NCBI GenBank assembly: GCA_964457085.1
Contig: CAYWDM010000001.1
Coordinates: 178,914-242,913 of the forward strand
Reading direction: 5' to 3'
DNA from: an uncultured Pseudomonadales bacterium
Lineage (GTDB): Bacteria > Patescibacteriota > Microgenomatia > UBA1400 > PJMF01
DNA: 64,000 nucleotides
Under the pieces are notes generated by a model. The model ran no database searches, was not told where the DNA came from, and saw only the letters and a program-made list of their open reading frames with translations. Below, piece by piece: positions 31,337 to 40,749 of the stretch. The translations under genes were made by a program, and so were the position numbers. Numbering within the stretch: position 1 is the first letter of the stretch; every line of letters begins with the position of its first letter.

Positions 31337-32521
31337 TTATAGATTAACCACCACTGACTTTTTTGGCAAACTGGATACCAATAAGGCAGCAGCACCTAAA
31401 ATAACTGCAGTTGAAATAAAAGTAAATGTGGGGTGGGCACTAATCACCAAACCACTTACTAATGGCCCAACAATTGTTCCCAGAGAAATATAGGCTTGAT
31501 TTAAGCCCATGGCCAAACCCTGATCTTCATCTTTAATGTGACTCGAGACAAGTCCCGCGGTAATTGGATTGATTGTTGATAGAAATAACGCATATAACAT
31601 ATTAAAAATGATGTAATTTATTGGATTCAACCATCGAAACAGGATTAGCATCATCAGTGCTGCCAAAACCAAAGATGCCACTAGAACCAATGACTTCGCC
31701 TGAATGTGTTTACTAATCCAACGAATCAACCATACCTGCATCACGATCGCCATCAAACCAACTCCCGTCAACATCAACCCCAGCTGGCCAGTGGTTAAAT
31801 GCAACACATCATATCCAACACTTTGTACGCCAATAATAAAGCCACTTTGTGCCAGGGAAACCATCATCGATAACATGAACAATTTACCAATAAATGGCTG
31901 ATTCAGTGAGTGGAATAATTTTTTCCAGTGAAATAATTCTTCGATACTAACTGCTTTAGAATTTTTGACTGACAGTGTTTCTTTCATAAAAATAAAGCCC
32001 AGCACTACGGCTAATAGTGCTAATCCGGCTGCAAACCAAAATGGTATATGCAGTCCATAGTGACCCAAAACTCCTCCTAAAGCCGGACCAACTAAAAATC
32101 CAAATCCAAATGCAGCTCCGAGTAGTGCAAAAGCATTGGCCCGGTGTTTCACATCTGTAGTGTCGGCAATAACTGCTTGAGCTACCGAGTTATTGCCACC
32201 AGTGACGCCGTCCAGCACCCGAGCAGCAAAAAACCAGTACTTGTTGGTTGCCACTGCCAAAAAAGCCATGGAAATACTTGATCCCAAAACACTCAGCAAT
32301 AACAAAGGCTTACGGCCATACCGATCCGAAAGTCTGCCAATAAAGGGCGTGGCAATAAACTGTGCCAATGAGAAACTAGCCATCAGCCAACCTAAACCCA
32401 CAGCTCCAAGTGATAACTTGGTGGCTAGGGGATAGAGCAAGGGAATAATCACTCCATAACTAAGTGCATTAATCACCATGATCAGTGCCAATATCCACAA
32501 AGTCGGGTTATTGTTTTTCAT
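31337..32521 (-). CDS. MFS transporter
   Basis: 394 aa with 12 TM helices. The loop 2-3 motif is GRLSDRYGRK. Confidence 0.8.
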   Translation of the reverse strand: MKNNNPTLWILALIMVINALSYGVIIPLLYPLATKLSLGAVGLGWLMASFSLAQFIATPFIGRLSDRYGRKPLLLLSVLGSSISMAFLAVATNKYWFFAARVLDGVTGGNNSVAQAVIADTTDVKHRANAFALLGAAFGFGFLVGPALGGVLGHYGLHIPFWFAAGLALLAVVLGFIFMKETLSVKNSKAVSIEELFHWKKLFHSLNQPFIGKLFMLSMMVSLAQSGFIIGVQSVGYDVLHLTTGQLGLMLTGVGLMAIVMQVWLIRWISKHIQAKSLVLVASLVLAALMMLILFRWLNPINYIIFNMLYALFLSTINPITAGLVSSHIKDEDQGLAMGLNQAYISLGTIVGPLVSGLVISAHPTFTFISTAVILGAAALLVSSLPKKSVVVNL

Positions 32522-32527
32522 AAAAAA

Positions 32528-33532
32528 TTACTTTGCTTTGAGAATTGCTTCCTGCAATGCCTTGTATTGTAGCGTGGGTTGGTCATTGCGATCAAGGAAC
32601 CCAAATTCAGCAAATGGACCGGGATCACCTTTGAGCACAAATGGCGTCACCGCCATCACTCGACTATCTGACCAGATGTGTTGTAGTGCATAGGCATAAT
32701 ATGCAGCTAACCAGCGACGGGTTTTTTGATTATTTGCCCAACCAGTTTCAGTGATAAAAACCTTGAGATCTCGACCGGTTTTTTGTTTTATAAAATCCAA
32801 TTCGTAGGTAAAACCCCAGAGTGAATTCACCGCTTTGCGGGTGGGTTCGGCACTAAATCCCGGGTTGGGATAAGAATGTGAGTTCCAATAGTCTACATAT
32901 ATAAAGACATCTGGATCAGTAGCCAACATTTGCTCGAAATATACAAACGCCGACCGTGTCTCTCTGCCATCTGGTGCAGCTAGATCCATGGCTGCAGGCA
33001 GAATTCTAAATTGAGCCGACTCGGTATGCAACCACTGGGCAGTAAAGGCCAAGATCTGGGCGTATCCAGCAGGGTCGAGCTGATTGCCCCATTCCTTAGC
33101 GTGGTTCACTTCATTAAATACAATCACATATCGTTCATCCGTCGGCCAAGTAAGCTGGTTCAATGCGAAACTCAGTGCCACAATATCTTGCCGTGATGGC
33201 TGTGCCCAAGCACCTTTTTCAAATTTTGTGGCAAGTCTAACGATAGGAATAATGCGATGTTTTTTGGCCTCCACAAAAAACCGCTGCCATTCATCCACCC
33301 GCTTAGTATCTTCAAGAGTAAACGGAATAGTGATGTAGCGCCATTTCGTCGATTCTAGCTCAGTCCCAAAAAGTTGTCTCACTTTAGTCAAATCATCTAG
33401 TGACAATAAATGAATACCCAGGATATCTTGATTAGCAGCTTGAGCTAATTGAGGTGCAAGCAAAAAACAACTCAAAACCAATTGAACTGAAACAATCCTC
33501 CATAGTATTGAAAGTCTTTTCGAAAAAACCAT
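32528..33532 (-). CDS. Secreted glycoside hydrolase-like protein (clan GH-A-like catalytic core)
   Basis: A signal peptide is present. The NEVNH (acid/base Glu) and ITETGW (nucleophile Glu) spacing is typical of (beta/alpha)8 clan GH-A hydrolases. The family was not determined. Confidence 0.5.
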   Translation of the reverse strand: MVFSKRLSILWRIVSVQLVLSCFLLAPQLAQAANQDILGIHLLSLDDLTKVRQLFGTELESTKWRYITIPFTLEDTKRVDEWQRFFVEAKKHRIIPIVRLATKFEKGAWAQPSRQDIVALSFALNQLTWPTDERYVIVFNEVNHAKEWGNQLDPAGYAQILAFTAQWLHTESAQFRILPAAMDLAAPDGRETRSAFVYFEQMLATDPDVFIYVDYWNSHSYPNPGFSAEPTRKAVNSLWGFTYELDFIKQKTGRDLKVFITETGWANNQKTRRWLAAYYAYALQHIWSDSRVMAVTPFVLKGDPGPFAEFGFLDRNDQPTLQYKALQEAILKAK

Positions 33533-33610
33533 CGTGGTATTAGCAACAAATTATCTGGAATCAGCCGCATTTGCGCTGTCTAAATTATAGCCTATACGAC
33601 TGTGGTATAG

Positions 33611-34318
33611 TTGGTTCAACATATGTTGGCAAAGCTTTTTTCTGCTTATGCCTGGTTGTTAGTTACCGCTGGATGTATTCTCATCCTGATCGCAGGCAGT
33701 CAGTTTTATCAGCTGACTAGTTATCAGCTTTCTTGGCCATTGCTGGGTAATTCCAAATCAACACAACAGGCAGCAAACACATCTGATTCTAGTGACGGCG
33801 CGACTGCAACCTCAATCGTTGAGTCTAGTGATGGCAGAGCTGAAATCGTGGCCAATTTCCTCGAAAGACACAAATCTCCACTAACCCCGTATGAGCATTT
33901 CGGTAAAGTATTTGTCGAGGTGGCCGATCGGTATGCCATCGATTTTCGTTTGCTTCCGGCGATTGCCATGCAAGAAAGCAACCTCTGCAAAAGCATCCCT
34001 GAGGGTTCATATAACTGTCTTGGGTTTGGTATTCACAAAAAAGGTACTCTCGGTTTTGACAGTTATGAGGCTAATTTCGAGAGAGCAGGCAAAGAACTCA
34101 AGGCTAACTACATTAATAAAGGCCGAATAACTCCAGAATTAATCATGCAGAAATACACTCCCAGCAGCAATGGCAGTTGGGCAAATTCAGTTAACCAATG
34201 GATGGCAGAGATGCGATACGACGATCGTGAATCTGGTAGAACCAAAAAAACCAATGCCAATGTCTTGGAGTTCGCTCAGAGCACTCCAGGATCTGCTTCT
34301 CCAACTCCTACCCCATAA
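33611..34318 (+). CDS. Secreted lysozyme-like / lytic transglycosylase-like protein
   Basis: An N-terminal TM/signal sequence is followed by LLPAIAMQESNLCK, which resembles the catalytic Glu-Ser region of SLT/glucosaminidase-type muramidases. Confidence 0.4.
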   Translation: MVQHMLAKLFSAYAWLLVTAGCILILIAGSQFYQLTSYQLSWPLLGNSKSTQQAANTSDSSDGATATSIVESSDGRAEIVANFLERHKSPLTPYEHFGKVFVEVADRYAIDFRLLPAIAMQESNLCKSIPEGSYNCLGFGIHKKGTLGFDSYEANFERAGKELKANYINKGRITPELIMQKYTPSSNGSWANSVNQWMAEMRYDDRESGRTKKTNANVLEFAQSTPGSASPTPTP

Positions 34319-34350
34319 TTCACGCCACAGCGTCATTATAATTTTCCTAA

Positions 34351-34379
34351 TTGACGTGTTTGATATATTTTGATACTAT
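34351..34379 (+). promoter_or_regulatory. Sigma70-like promoter (TTGACG-17nt-TGaTACTAT)
   Basis: The -35 TTGACG is at 34351-34356. A 17-nt spacer ends with TG. The -10 TACTAT is at 34374-34379. Confidence 0.45.
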
Positions 34380-34385
34380 TCTTAT

Positions 34386-34455
34386 ACCTCAGAAGGTTGT
34401 CCTCACCAGGAGTGCGTTCTGAGACCAATGAACCCGACCATGAGTCGGGTTTTTT
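34386..34455 (+). ncRNA. Candidate small RNA (~70 nt) with its own promoter and intrinsic terminator
   Basis: A predicted start just downstream of the -10 is followed by an internal hairpin (tcagaa...ttctga). The unit ends in the terminator cccgac catga gtcggg tttttt (34433-34455). No ORF is present. Confidence 0.3.
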
Positions 34456-34513
34456 GTTGACAAAAATTGAAAAGTTTTTATTACTGCAGATTGCACTGCA
34501 AAATTAAATCAAG

Positions 34514-34594
34514 TGCCAGAGGAGGGGATCGAACCCTCATGCCATAGGCACACGCTTCTAAGACGTGCTTGTCTACCAATTTCAACACTCTGGC
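34514..34594 (-). tRNA. tRNA-Leu (anticodon TAG), class II with long variable arm; CCA not encoded
   Basis: The reverse complement GCCAGAGTGTTGAAATTGGTAGACAAGCACGTCTTAGAAGCGTGTGCCTATGGCATGAGGGTTCGATCCCCTCCTCTGGCA. The anticodon loop is CTTAGAA. Confidence 0.85.
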
Positions 34595-34665
34595 TAGAGT
34601 AGGTAATTATAGCAACGAAGCTGCGGATGACAAATCCAATCAGTATGAGGTAGAGTGACTCTGAC

Positions 34666-35373
34666 ATGAGCTATTCATACACCCGCCGAGTTGGTAGATC
34701 CCTAGCTCGTCTGGCAATTTCAATTCGACCACCAGACAGAATTTTCGTTTCTGCACACCCGCTTGTTCCGGAATTTATTGTCAAACAGTTTGTGGAAAGC
34801 AAATCCGAGTGGATTAGTCAGCAACTTGTTAAAATCAGCAGTCACACTTCTACCTCAAGTGCCATGCCAGATACCATTGCTATTTTCGGTAAACCACACC
34901 AACTCGTTTTGAGTCAGGACACTAATAAACCTGTTGGTTTCCAGTTGCATGATGGCAAACTGATCTGGAATCACTGGCAAGCCTCCAAACAAACCAAAAC
35001 ACAGCTCGACACCAACCTAAGAAAGTTTTTAATCGCCAAAGCCAAACAATTTTTGAGTCTGCGAACTGCGTACTGGGCAGAAAAAATGCAACTGCGACCG
35101 ACCAGGCTCAGCTATAAAGAACAGACTAGTCGATGGGGAAGCTGCAGCTCAAGTAAATCACTGAGTTTTAACTGGCGATTAATTCATGTGCCACCAGTCG
35201 TTGCAGATTATGTGGTTATCCACGAGTTAGCACACATCAAAGAACTCAACCACTCGGCAGCATTTTGGGAATTAGTGGCAAAATTTGACCCTGCACATCG
35301 AGTTCACCGAGGCTGGTTGAAACGACACGGACATGAATGGGAGACTAGTTGGCATGTTATGATGGCTAAATGA
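34666..35373 (+). CDS. YgjP/DUF45-family (WLM-like) zinc metallohydrolase
   Basis: The C-terminal HExxH reads WRLIHVPPVVADYVVIHELAHIKELNHS. Confidence 0.65.
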   Translation: MSYSYTRRVGRSLARLAISIRPPDRIFVSAHPLVPEFIVKQFVESKSEWISQQLVKISSHTSTSSAMPDTIAIFGKPHQLVLSQDTNKPVGFQLHDGKLIWNHWQASKQTKTQLDTNLRKFLIAKAKQFLSLRTAYWAEKMQLRPTRLSYKEQTSRWGSCSSSKSLSFNWRLIHVPPVVADYVVIHELAHIKELNHSAAFWELVAKFDPAHRVHRGWLKRHGHEWETSWHVMMAK

Positions 35374-36050
35374 TCGTGTTAATCCATGGAGATAACGAGG
35401 CTAAATCAAGACTCCATCTAGTTGAACTAATTCAAAAGGCCAAACAATCACAGCGGAGTGTAATTACTCTCGAAGGAACAAAACTGAGCGAAGGCGAACT
35501 AGAAAACGCACTTGGCAGTTCCAGTCTTTTTGGTGAAGCCCCATTAATTGTGATTGAGCATTTGCTCGCTGGAGTACGCTCCAAAAAGAAATCAGCCCTA
35601 ATCGAGATGGTGGCAAAATCCAGTTCAGAAGTCATTGTTTTTGAAAATAAATCACTTTCTGCAGCAGCACTCAAACAACTGCCCAACGCAGTGGTCAGCT
35701 CATTTCCCATCGCCAATAGTTTATTTGCTTGGCTAGATGACCTCGGCAGCCCCAGTCCAATCACCAAAAAAATCACCCTGTTGCACCAAGCTTTAGATCA
35801 AGAAGACGAGTTTCTGTGTTTTGCAATGTTGGCACGCCAAGTTCGGCTGTTGATCCAAGTTATCAGTAATACTCCAGTAGCGATGGCTCCTTTTGCACTG
35901 ACAAAACTCAAACGACAGGTCAATACTTTTTCAATTGAAACCTTACTGACAATGCACGACAAGCTCTGTCAACTCGATATGTCTAGCAAACAATCTGCCA
36001 AACCACTCGATATGAGACAAGAACTTGAACTTTTAACAATCTCGCGATAA
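35370..36050 (+). CDS. holA: DNA polymerase III delta subunit-like (short HolA)
   Basis: 226 aa. The N-terminal LIHGDNEA...SLFGEAPLIVIE pattern resembles the HolA N-domain. Confidence is low to moderate. Confidence 0.45.
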   Translation: MIVLIHGDNEAKSRLHLVELIQKAKQSQRSVITLEGTKLSEGELENALGSSSLFGEAPLIVIEHLLAGVRSKKKSALIEMVAKSSSEVIVFENKSLSAAALKQLPNAVVSSFPIANSLFAWLDDLGSPSPITKKITLLHQALDQEDEFLCFAMLARQVRLLIQVISNTPVAMAPFALTKLKRQVNTFSIETLLTMHDKLCQLDMSSKQSAKPLDMRQELELLTISR

Positions 36051-36114
36051 AGTTGAGCTCTGACTTCTGCCTACTATGGCACAATCGTCAGAAGACACTT
36101 GAGAAAGGTGCTCT

Positions 36115-38223
36115 ATGAATACATCAGATTTACTTGCTAAAGCGAAAATTGGCTTTGGCCCTCTTAAGGTCGGTCAACAGTACAAAGATGCAGCCTTAAA
36201 AAACATCAAAACCTGGTTAACTGATCCGCAGTTTTCAGAATACGTACCCCAACTAGAACACCTCATTACTCATGGTTTTTTTGATTATGTGCTCGATTGT
36301 TTCTATCAGGTCATTCCTTTTGGTACCGGTGGCCGACGAGGCGAAGTTGGCATTGGTCCAAATCGCATCAATCCCTGGACCATTCAAGCATCGGCACAAG
36401 GACATTCGCAGTTTTTACTCAAGAAATTTGGTAAATCAGCCAAAACTAGAGGCGTCGTATTAGCCTGGGATGTGCGTTGTTTTTATTCCAATAAATTCTT
36501 CTCAGATACACTTTCAAACCCTGTTCGGAACCTTGATGGCATCACATTAGCCAAAAAAGCTGCTGAGGTATATACCGCTAATGGTCTTAAGGTGTATTTA
36601 TTTGATGGTCCACGAACCACCCCCGAACTGTCATTTGCAGTCAGAGCACTACATGCCGTCAGTGGTGATGTTTTCAGTGCCAGTCACAATCCACCAGAGC
36701 ATAATGGTAAGAAAGTATATGATGAGTTTGGCGGACAGCTGATTCCCCCAAATGACGAAGAACTAGTCACTGAAGTCACCGAGCAGGTTACAGAAATCAA
36801 AACCATCTCATATGCTGAAGCTGAGACTAAAAAATTAGTCGAAATCTTGGGTGGTGAAATGGATGCAAAATATATCGCTGAGTGCACCAAACTCTCGCTC
36901 AGCAAAGCTCGAGATATAAAGATAGTCTACACACCGCTGCATGGCTGCGGTATTACCTCAGTGCCGGTTGCACTCGAAGCTCTAGGCTTCACAGTTGCTC
37001 TCGATCCTGCAACTTCAAATTCCAGTGGAAAATTTGAGCATGTCACCTTCAATATTCCTAATCCAGAGGTAATCCAATCTTTTGACACACCACTTAAATA
37101 CGCTAAAAAAATAAAAGCCGATATTTTGCTTAATAGTGATCCAGATGCGGATCGCATCGGAGTAATGGTGAATCACCAAGGCAGTTGGCACTTTATCAAC
37201 GGTAATGAAATTGCAGCCTTGATAGCAAGTTACGTCATTGAAAAACGTCAGCCCACCCTTAAACAAAAGGGCCTAATTATCAAGACAGATGTCACCACTA
37301 ACTTAGTTACTGAAATTGCTAAAGTCCATGGAGTAGAGGTGATCGGTGATTTATTGGTCGGATTTAAATACATCGGTGAAGAAGTTAATAAAGTTGAAGC
37401 TGCTGGAGAAATTGATCGTTTCTTGATGGGTTGTGAAGAAAGTCACGGATATATGGGTGGCAATTATGCTAGAGACAAAGATGCAGTTAGTGCAGCCATT
37501 TGGCTGGCTGAACTCGCAGCAGAGCAAAAAATGCACCATAAGACATTGATCGATTATCTCAACGAGATAAATATCAGATATGGCTACTTTGCCAACTACC
37601 TCACTGAAATTCGGTTGCCAGGAGCTGAGGGCATGTCACAAATCCAAGTTATCCAGACTGCACTTCGTGAAGAAAATCCCACTAAAATCGGCAAATTCGA
37701 TGTTTTGTCAGTAGTTGATTGGCTGGATCGCTTACCAATGCTTTCTGAAACTGATCGCATTTCCAAAAATGCATTAGTCTTCCATTTCAAGCCAGTTGCT
37801 GGCACCACCTCAATGCGAATTACCCTGCGACCATCAGGCACCGAACCAAAAGTTAAGATGTATTTCGAGATTGGTAGCTTGCCAATGCCAGCTGCAAAAC
37901 TCGAACAAGTCAAAAAAGACATCAATGAACTACGAGAAGAGTTAGAAAAAGCCTTTATGTTGCATTGTTACAGAGCAATTGGTGTTGATTTTCCAGAGCG
38001 TGGGTTCTTGCTATTCTGGCAACTACCTCTGCGAGATAAGTTGCGTTATTTTGAAATTGAACCAGAAATAATCAAACTTACAGCAATTGCCGATAACGCA
38101 AAACGTCGCCAGCAACTTGACCAGCTATTGGCTTTTCTTGGCAGCGATAGTATCGTAAAAGTCGACAAAGCTTTTGAAGCAGAATACAAAAAATCGATTC
38201 TAGAATATCTCTCTCTAAATTAG
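36115..38223 (+). CDS. Alpha-D-phosphohexomutase (phosphoglucomutase/phosphomannomutase family)
   Basis: The active-site Ser motif SASHNPPEHNG is present, along with the metal-binding DPDADR and sugar-binding GCEESHG loops. The protein is 702 aa and carries a C-terminal extension. Confidence 0.8.
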   Translation: MNTSDLLAKAKIGFGPLKVGQQYKDAALKNIKTWLTDPQFSEYVPQLEHLITHGFFDYVLDCFYQVIPFGTGGRRGEVGIGPNRINPWTIQASAQGHSQFLLKKFGKSAKTRGVVLAWDVRCFYSNKFFSDTLSNPVRNLDGITLAKKAAEVYTANGLKVYLFDGPRTTPELSFAVRALHAVSGDVFSASHNPPEHNGKKVYDEFGGQLIPPNDEELVTEVTEQVTEIKTISYAEAETKKLVEILGGEMDAKYIAECTKLSLSKARDIKIVYTPLHGCGITSVPVALEALGFTVALDPATSNSSGKFEHVTFNIPNPEVIQSFDTPLKYAKKIKADILLNSDPDADRIGVMVNHQGSWHFINGNEIAALIASYVIEKRQPTLKQKGLIIKTDVTTNLVTEIAKVHGVEVIGDLLVGFKYIGEEVNKVEAAGEIDRFLMGCEESHGYMGGNYARDKDAVSAAIWLAELAAEQKMHHKTLIDYLNEINIRYGYFANYLTEIRLPGAEGMSQIQVIQTALREENPTKIGKFDVLSVVDWLDRLPMLSETDRISKNALVFHFKPVAGTTSMRITLRPSGTEPKVKMYFEIGSLPMPAAKLEQVKKDINELREELEKAFMLHCYRAIGVDFPERGFLLFWQLPLRDKLRYFEIEPEIIKLTAIADNAKRRQQLDQLLAFLGSDSIVKVDKAFEAEYKKSILEYLSLN

Positions 38224-38246
38224 TAATAACAGTAATAAGGAACTAC

Positions 38247-39326
38247 ATGAGTAAATCAATTGCATTTTTAGACGACCGCTCAGGAATCACAGAACTTGAT
38301 AAATCAAATATGTTGGGCTCAATTGAGTCACTGGCAGATCAAGTACGCCAAGCTTGGACCGATGTTAACAAGGTCACATTCACACCAAAAGATGAAATTC
38401 GTAACGTGGTTGTTGCAGGAATGGGTGGATCAGCACTTGGTGCAGATGTCGCCAAGCATTTATTCAAGAGTCAGCTAACTGTGCCACTTGATGTGGTAAA
38501 CAGTTACCACTTACCAGCGTACGTTAATAAAAATACTCTGGTAATTCTCTCAAGTTACAGTGGTGGTACCGAAGAAATTTTGAACTGTGCAGTCGAAGCA
38601 AAAGCTAAAAATGCCCAAATCATGGTTATTGCAGCTGGCAGCAAACTCGCTGAGATCGCAAAAACAGAAAACTATCCTATTTACCTAATTAACCCAGAAT
38701 TTAATCCTTCAAACCAACCTCGCATGGCTATTGGCTATTCAATTACTGGCTTGCTTGGGCTGCTGAGTAAAGCAGGTGTCTGCACGCTTTCAGATCTTGA
38801 AGTGCAAGAAATCATTACCACCATCATCAGCACCAATGAACGCTGTCATGTGGCAGTCACTCAGGAACAAAATCCATCCAAATTGCTAGCTTTCACTGCA
38901 CTTGATCGACGACCAATTATAGTGGTTAGTGATTTTCTGACTGGTGCTGCACATGCAGCAGCAAACCAGTTTAACGAAAACTCCAAGGCTTATGCTGATT
39001 ATAAAGTTGTACCGGAACTGAATCACCATCTCATGGAAGGCTTACGATTCCCCAACAGCAACACCACCACTCACGTCTTTGTATTGGTTCAGTCTGATTT
39101 GTATGATAGTGCTGTCGCAAAGCGAATGCTGCTCACCCAAAAGGTTATTGAACAAAATGGTATCGAGACCATGACCTTGAAATTAGTGGCAGAATCACAG
39201 CTTACCCAGGCATTCGAGTTGATAACCATCCTCGCCTATGCTACCTTTTACCTAAGCATGCTCGAGAATATTGATCCTAGTCCCATTCCATTCGTGGATT
39301 GGTTTAAAGACGAGCTTGCCAAGTAA
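38247..39326 (+). CDS. Bifunctional phosphoglucose/phosphomannose isomerase-type SIS-domain protein
   Basis: 359 aa. It contains VVVAGMGGSALG and ILSSYSGGTEE SIS motifs. Confidence 0.7.
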   Translation: MSKSIAFLDDRSGITELDKSNMLGSIESLADQVRQAWTDVNKVTFTPKDEIRNVVVAGMGGSALGADVAKHLFKSQLTVPLDVVNSYHLPAYVNKNTLVILSSYSGGTEEILNCAVEAKAKNAQIMVIAAGSKLAEIAKTENYPIYLINPEFNPSNQPRMAIGYSITGLLGLLSKAGVCTLSDLEVQEIITTIISTNERCHVAVTQEQNPSKLLAFTALDRRPIIVVSDFLTGAAHAAANQFNENSKAYADYKVVPELNHHLMEGLRFPNSNTTTHVFVLVQSDLYDSAVAKRMLLTQKVIEQNGIETMTLKLVAESQLTQAFELITILAYATFYLSMLENIDPSPIPFVDWFKDELAK

Positions 39327-39329
39327 TAC

Positions 39330-40745
39330 ATGAGTTCGTTAATTCAAGCCGTGGTCGCCAAGGAAATCTTGGATGGTCTTGGCATCCCTACTATTGAAAC
39401 TACCATTTGGCTGGATAGTGGTGTTAGTGCAACCAGTAGTGTCGCCACCGGTACAGCCACGGGCAAATTTGAAGGTGTAGAACTGCGTGATGGCGACCAA
39501 AATCGCATGGTTGGTAAAGGAGTGCTCAAAGCAGTTGCTAACATCAACGAAGTCATCGCACCACAACTCATTGGCAAAGATCCATCACTCCAGGAAGAAC
39601 ACGACCAATTACTCCTCAGCCTTGACGGTACTGCCAACAAAGCCAAGCTTGGAGTAAATACCATCAACAGTGTTTCGCAGGCTTTACTGAAGGTCGCGGC
39701 ACTTGACCATGGCTTGCCGCTATACAGCTACATCCAGCAGCGATACCAATTTACCACTGACTTAAGTATCCCTAGCTGCATTTTTTGCGTGATTGATGGT
39801 GGCGAACATGGTTCTGACAATGTGGATATACAGGAATTCCAAATTATCCCTGCTAGTCACATGGAGTACCCAGCCGCACTCAACATGGCAGTGACCTTCC
39901 AACAAAAACTAGAGGAAGTACTGATTACTAAAAAAGCCGCACACTCGGTCGGCGTTCTTGGTGGTTTCACGCCCACACTGTACTCAAATACCGATGTTTT
40001 TGAGTTGCTGATGGAAACGGTACGAACCACACCATACACCTTTGCCCAAGATTTATTTTTTGGAGTTGACGTAGCGGCTAACTCACTTTTTTTCAATAAC
40101 AAATATTCACTAAAAGATAAAAATACCGCTTACAACACCAAGGATCTAATCGAATACTATCAAAATCTACGCAACGTGTATAAAGTCATTTATTTTGAGG
40201 ATCCCTTTGCTATTTCTGACAAAAATGGTTGGTCAACATTGTCTGAAACTTTTGGCGGTGCGACACGAATCAGTGCCGATAGTCTTACCGACAGTAACAT
40301 TACCCAAATCGATAGTTCTTTCCGCGATAAATTAGCCAATACCTTCGTACTCAAACCAAGTAAAGTGGGCACCATGACTGAATTTATGGCAGCAGTCCGA
40401 TATCTTAAACAAGCCGAGGCACAAATCGTAGTCTCACATCGCTCTGGAGAAACTGCAGATGACTTTATTGCCGATGTGGCGGTTGGAATCGGAGCTGATT
40501 ATGCCAAGTTTGGACCAGTCATGCGAGAAGAGCGATTGGCAAAATACAATCGCCTGAGCCAAATTTATACTGAGATTTCTAATCAAACCTCAGTTGCACC
40601 AGTTGCTGACCCAATGGAGACAGCTGTCAGCAACGAACCAGAAGTCACCGCGGCTGCACCGACCCAACTAGAAAATGGCGAAGAACTAGCAGTAGAACCA
40701 GAAGCTACACCAATCGCGATCATCGATATTTTCGAGGCAGAGTAA
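39330..40745 (+). CDS. eno: Enolase with a ~45-aa acidic C-terminal extension
   Basis: The enolase signature SHRSGETADDFIADVAVG is present. Overall, the domain organization matches enolase. Confidence 0.95.
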   Translation: MSSLIQAVVAKEILDGLGIPTIETTIWLDSGVSATSSVATGTATGKFEGVELRDGDQNRMVGKGVLKAVANINEVIAPQLIGKDPSLQEEHDQLLLSLDGTANKAKLGVNTINSVSQALLKVAALDHGLPLYSYIQQRYQFTTDLSIPSCIFCVIDGGEHGSDNVDIQEFQIIPASHMEYPAALNMAVTFQQKLEEVLITKKAAHSVGVLGGFTPTLYSNTDVFELLMETVRTTPYTFAQDLFFGVDVAANSLFFNNKYSLKDKNTAYNTKDLIEYYQNLRNVYKVIYFEDPFAISDKNGWSTLSETFGGATRISADSLTDSNITQIDSSFRDKLANTFVLKPSKVGTMTEFMAAVRYLKQAEAQIVVSHRSGETADDFIADVAVGIGADYAKFGPVMREERLAKYNRLSQIYTEISNQTSVAPVADPMETAVSNEPEVTAAAPTQLENGEELAVEPEATPIAIIDIFEAE

Positions 40746-40749
40746 CTTT

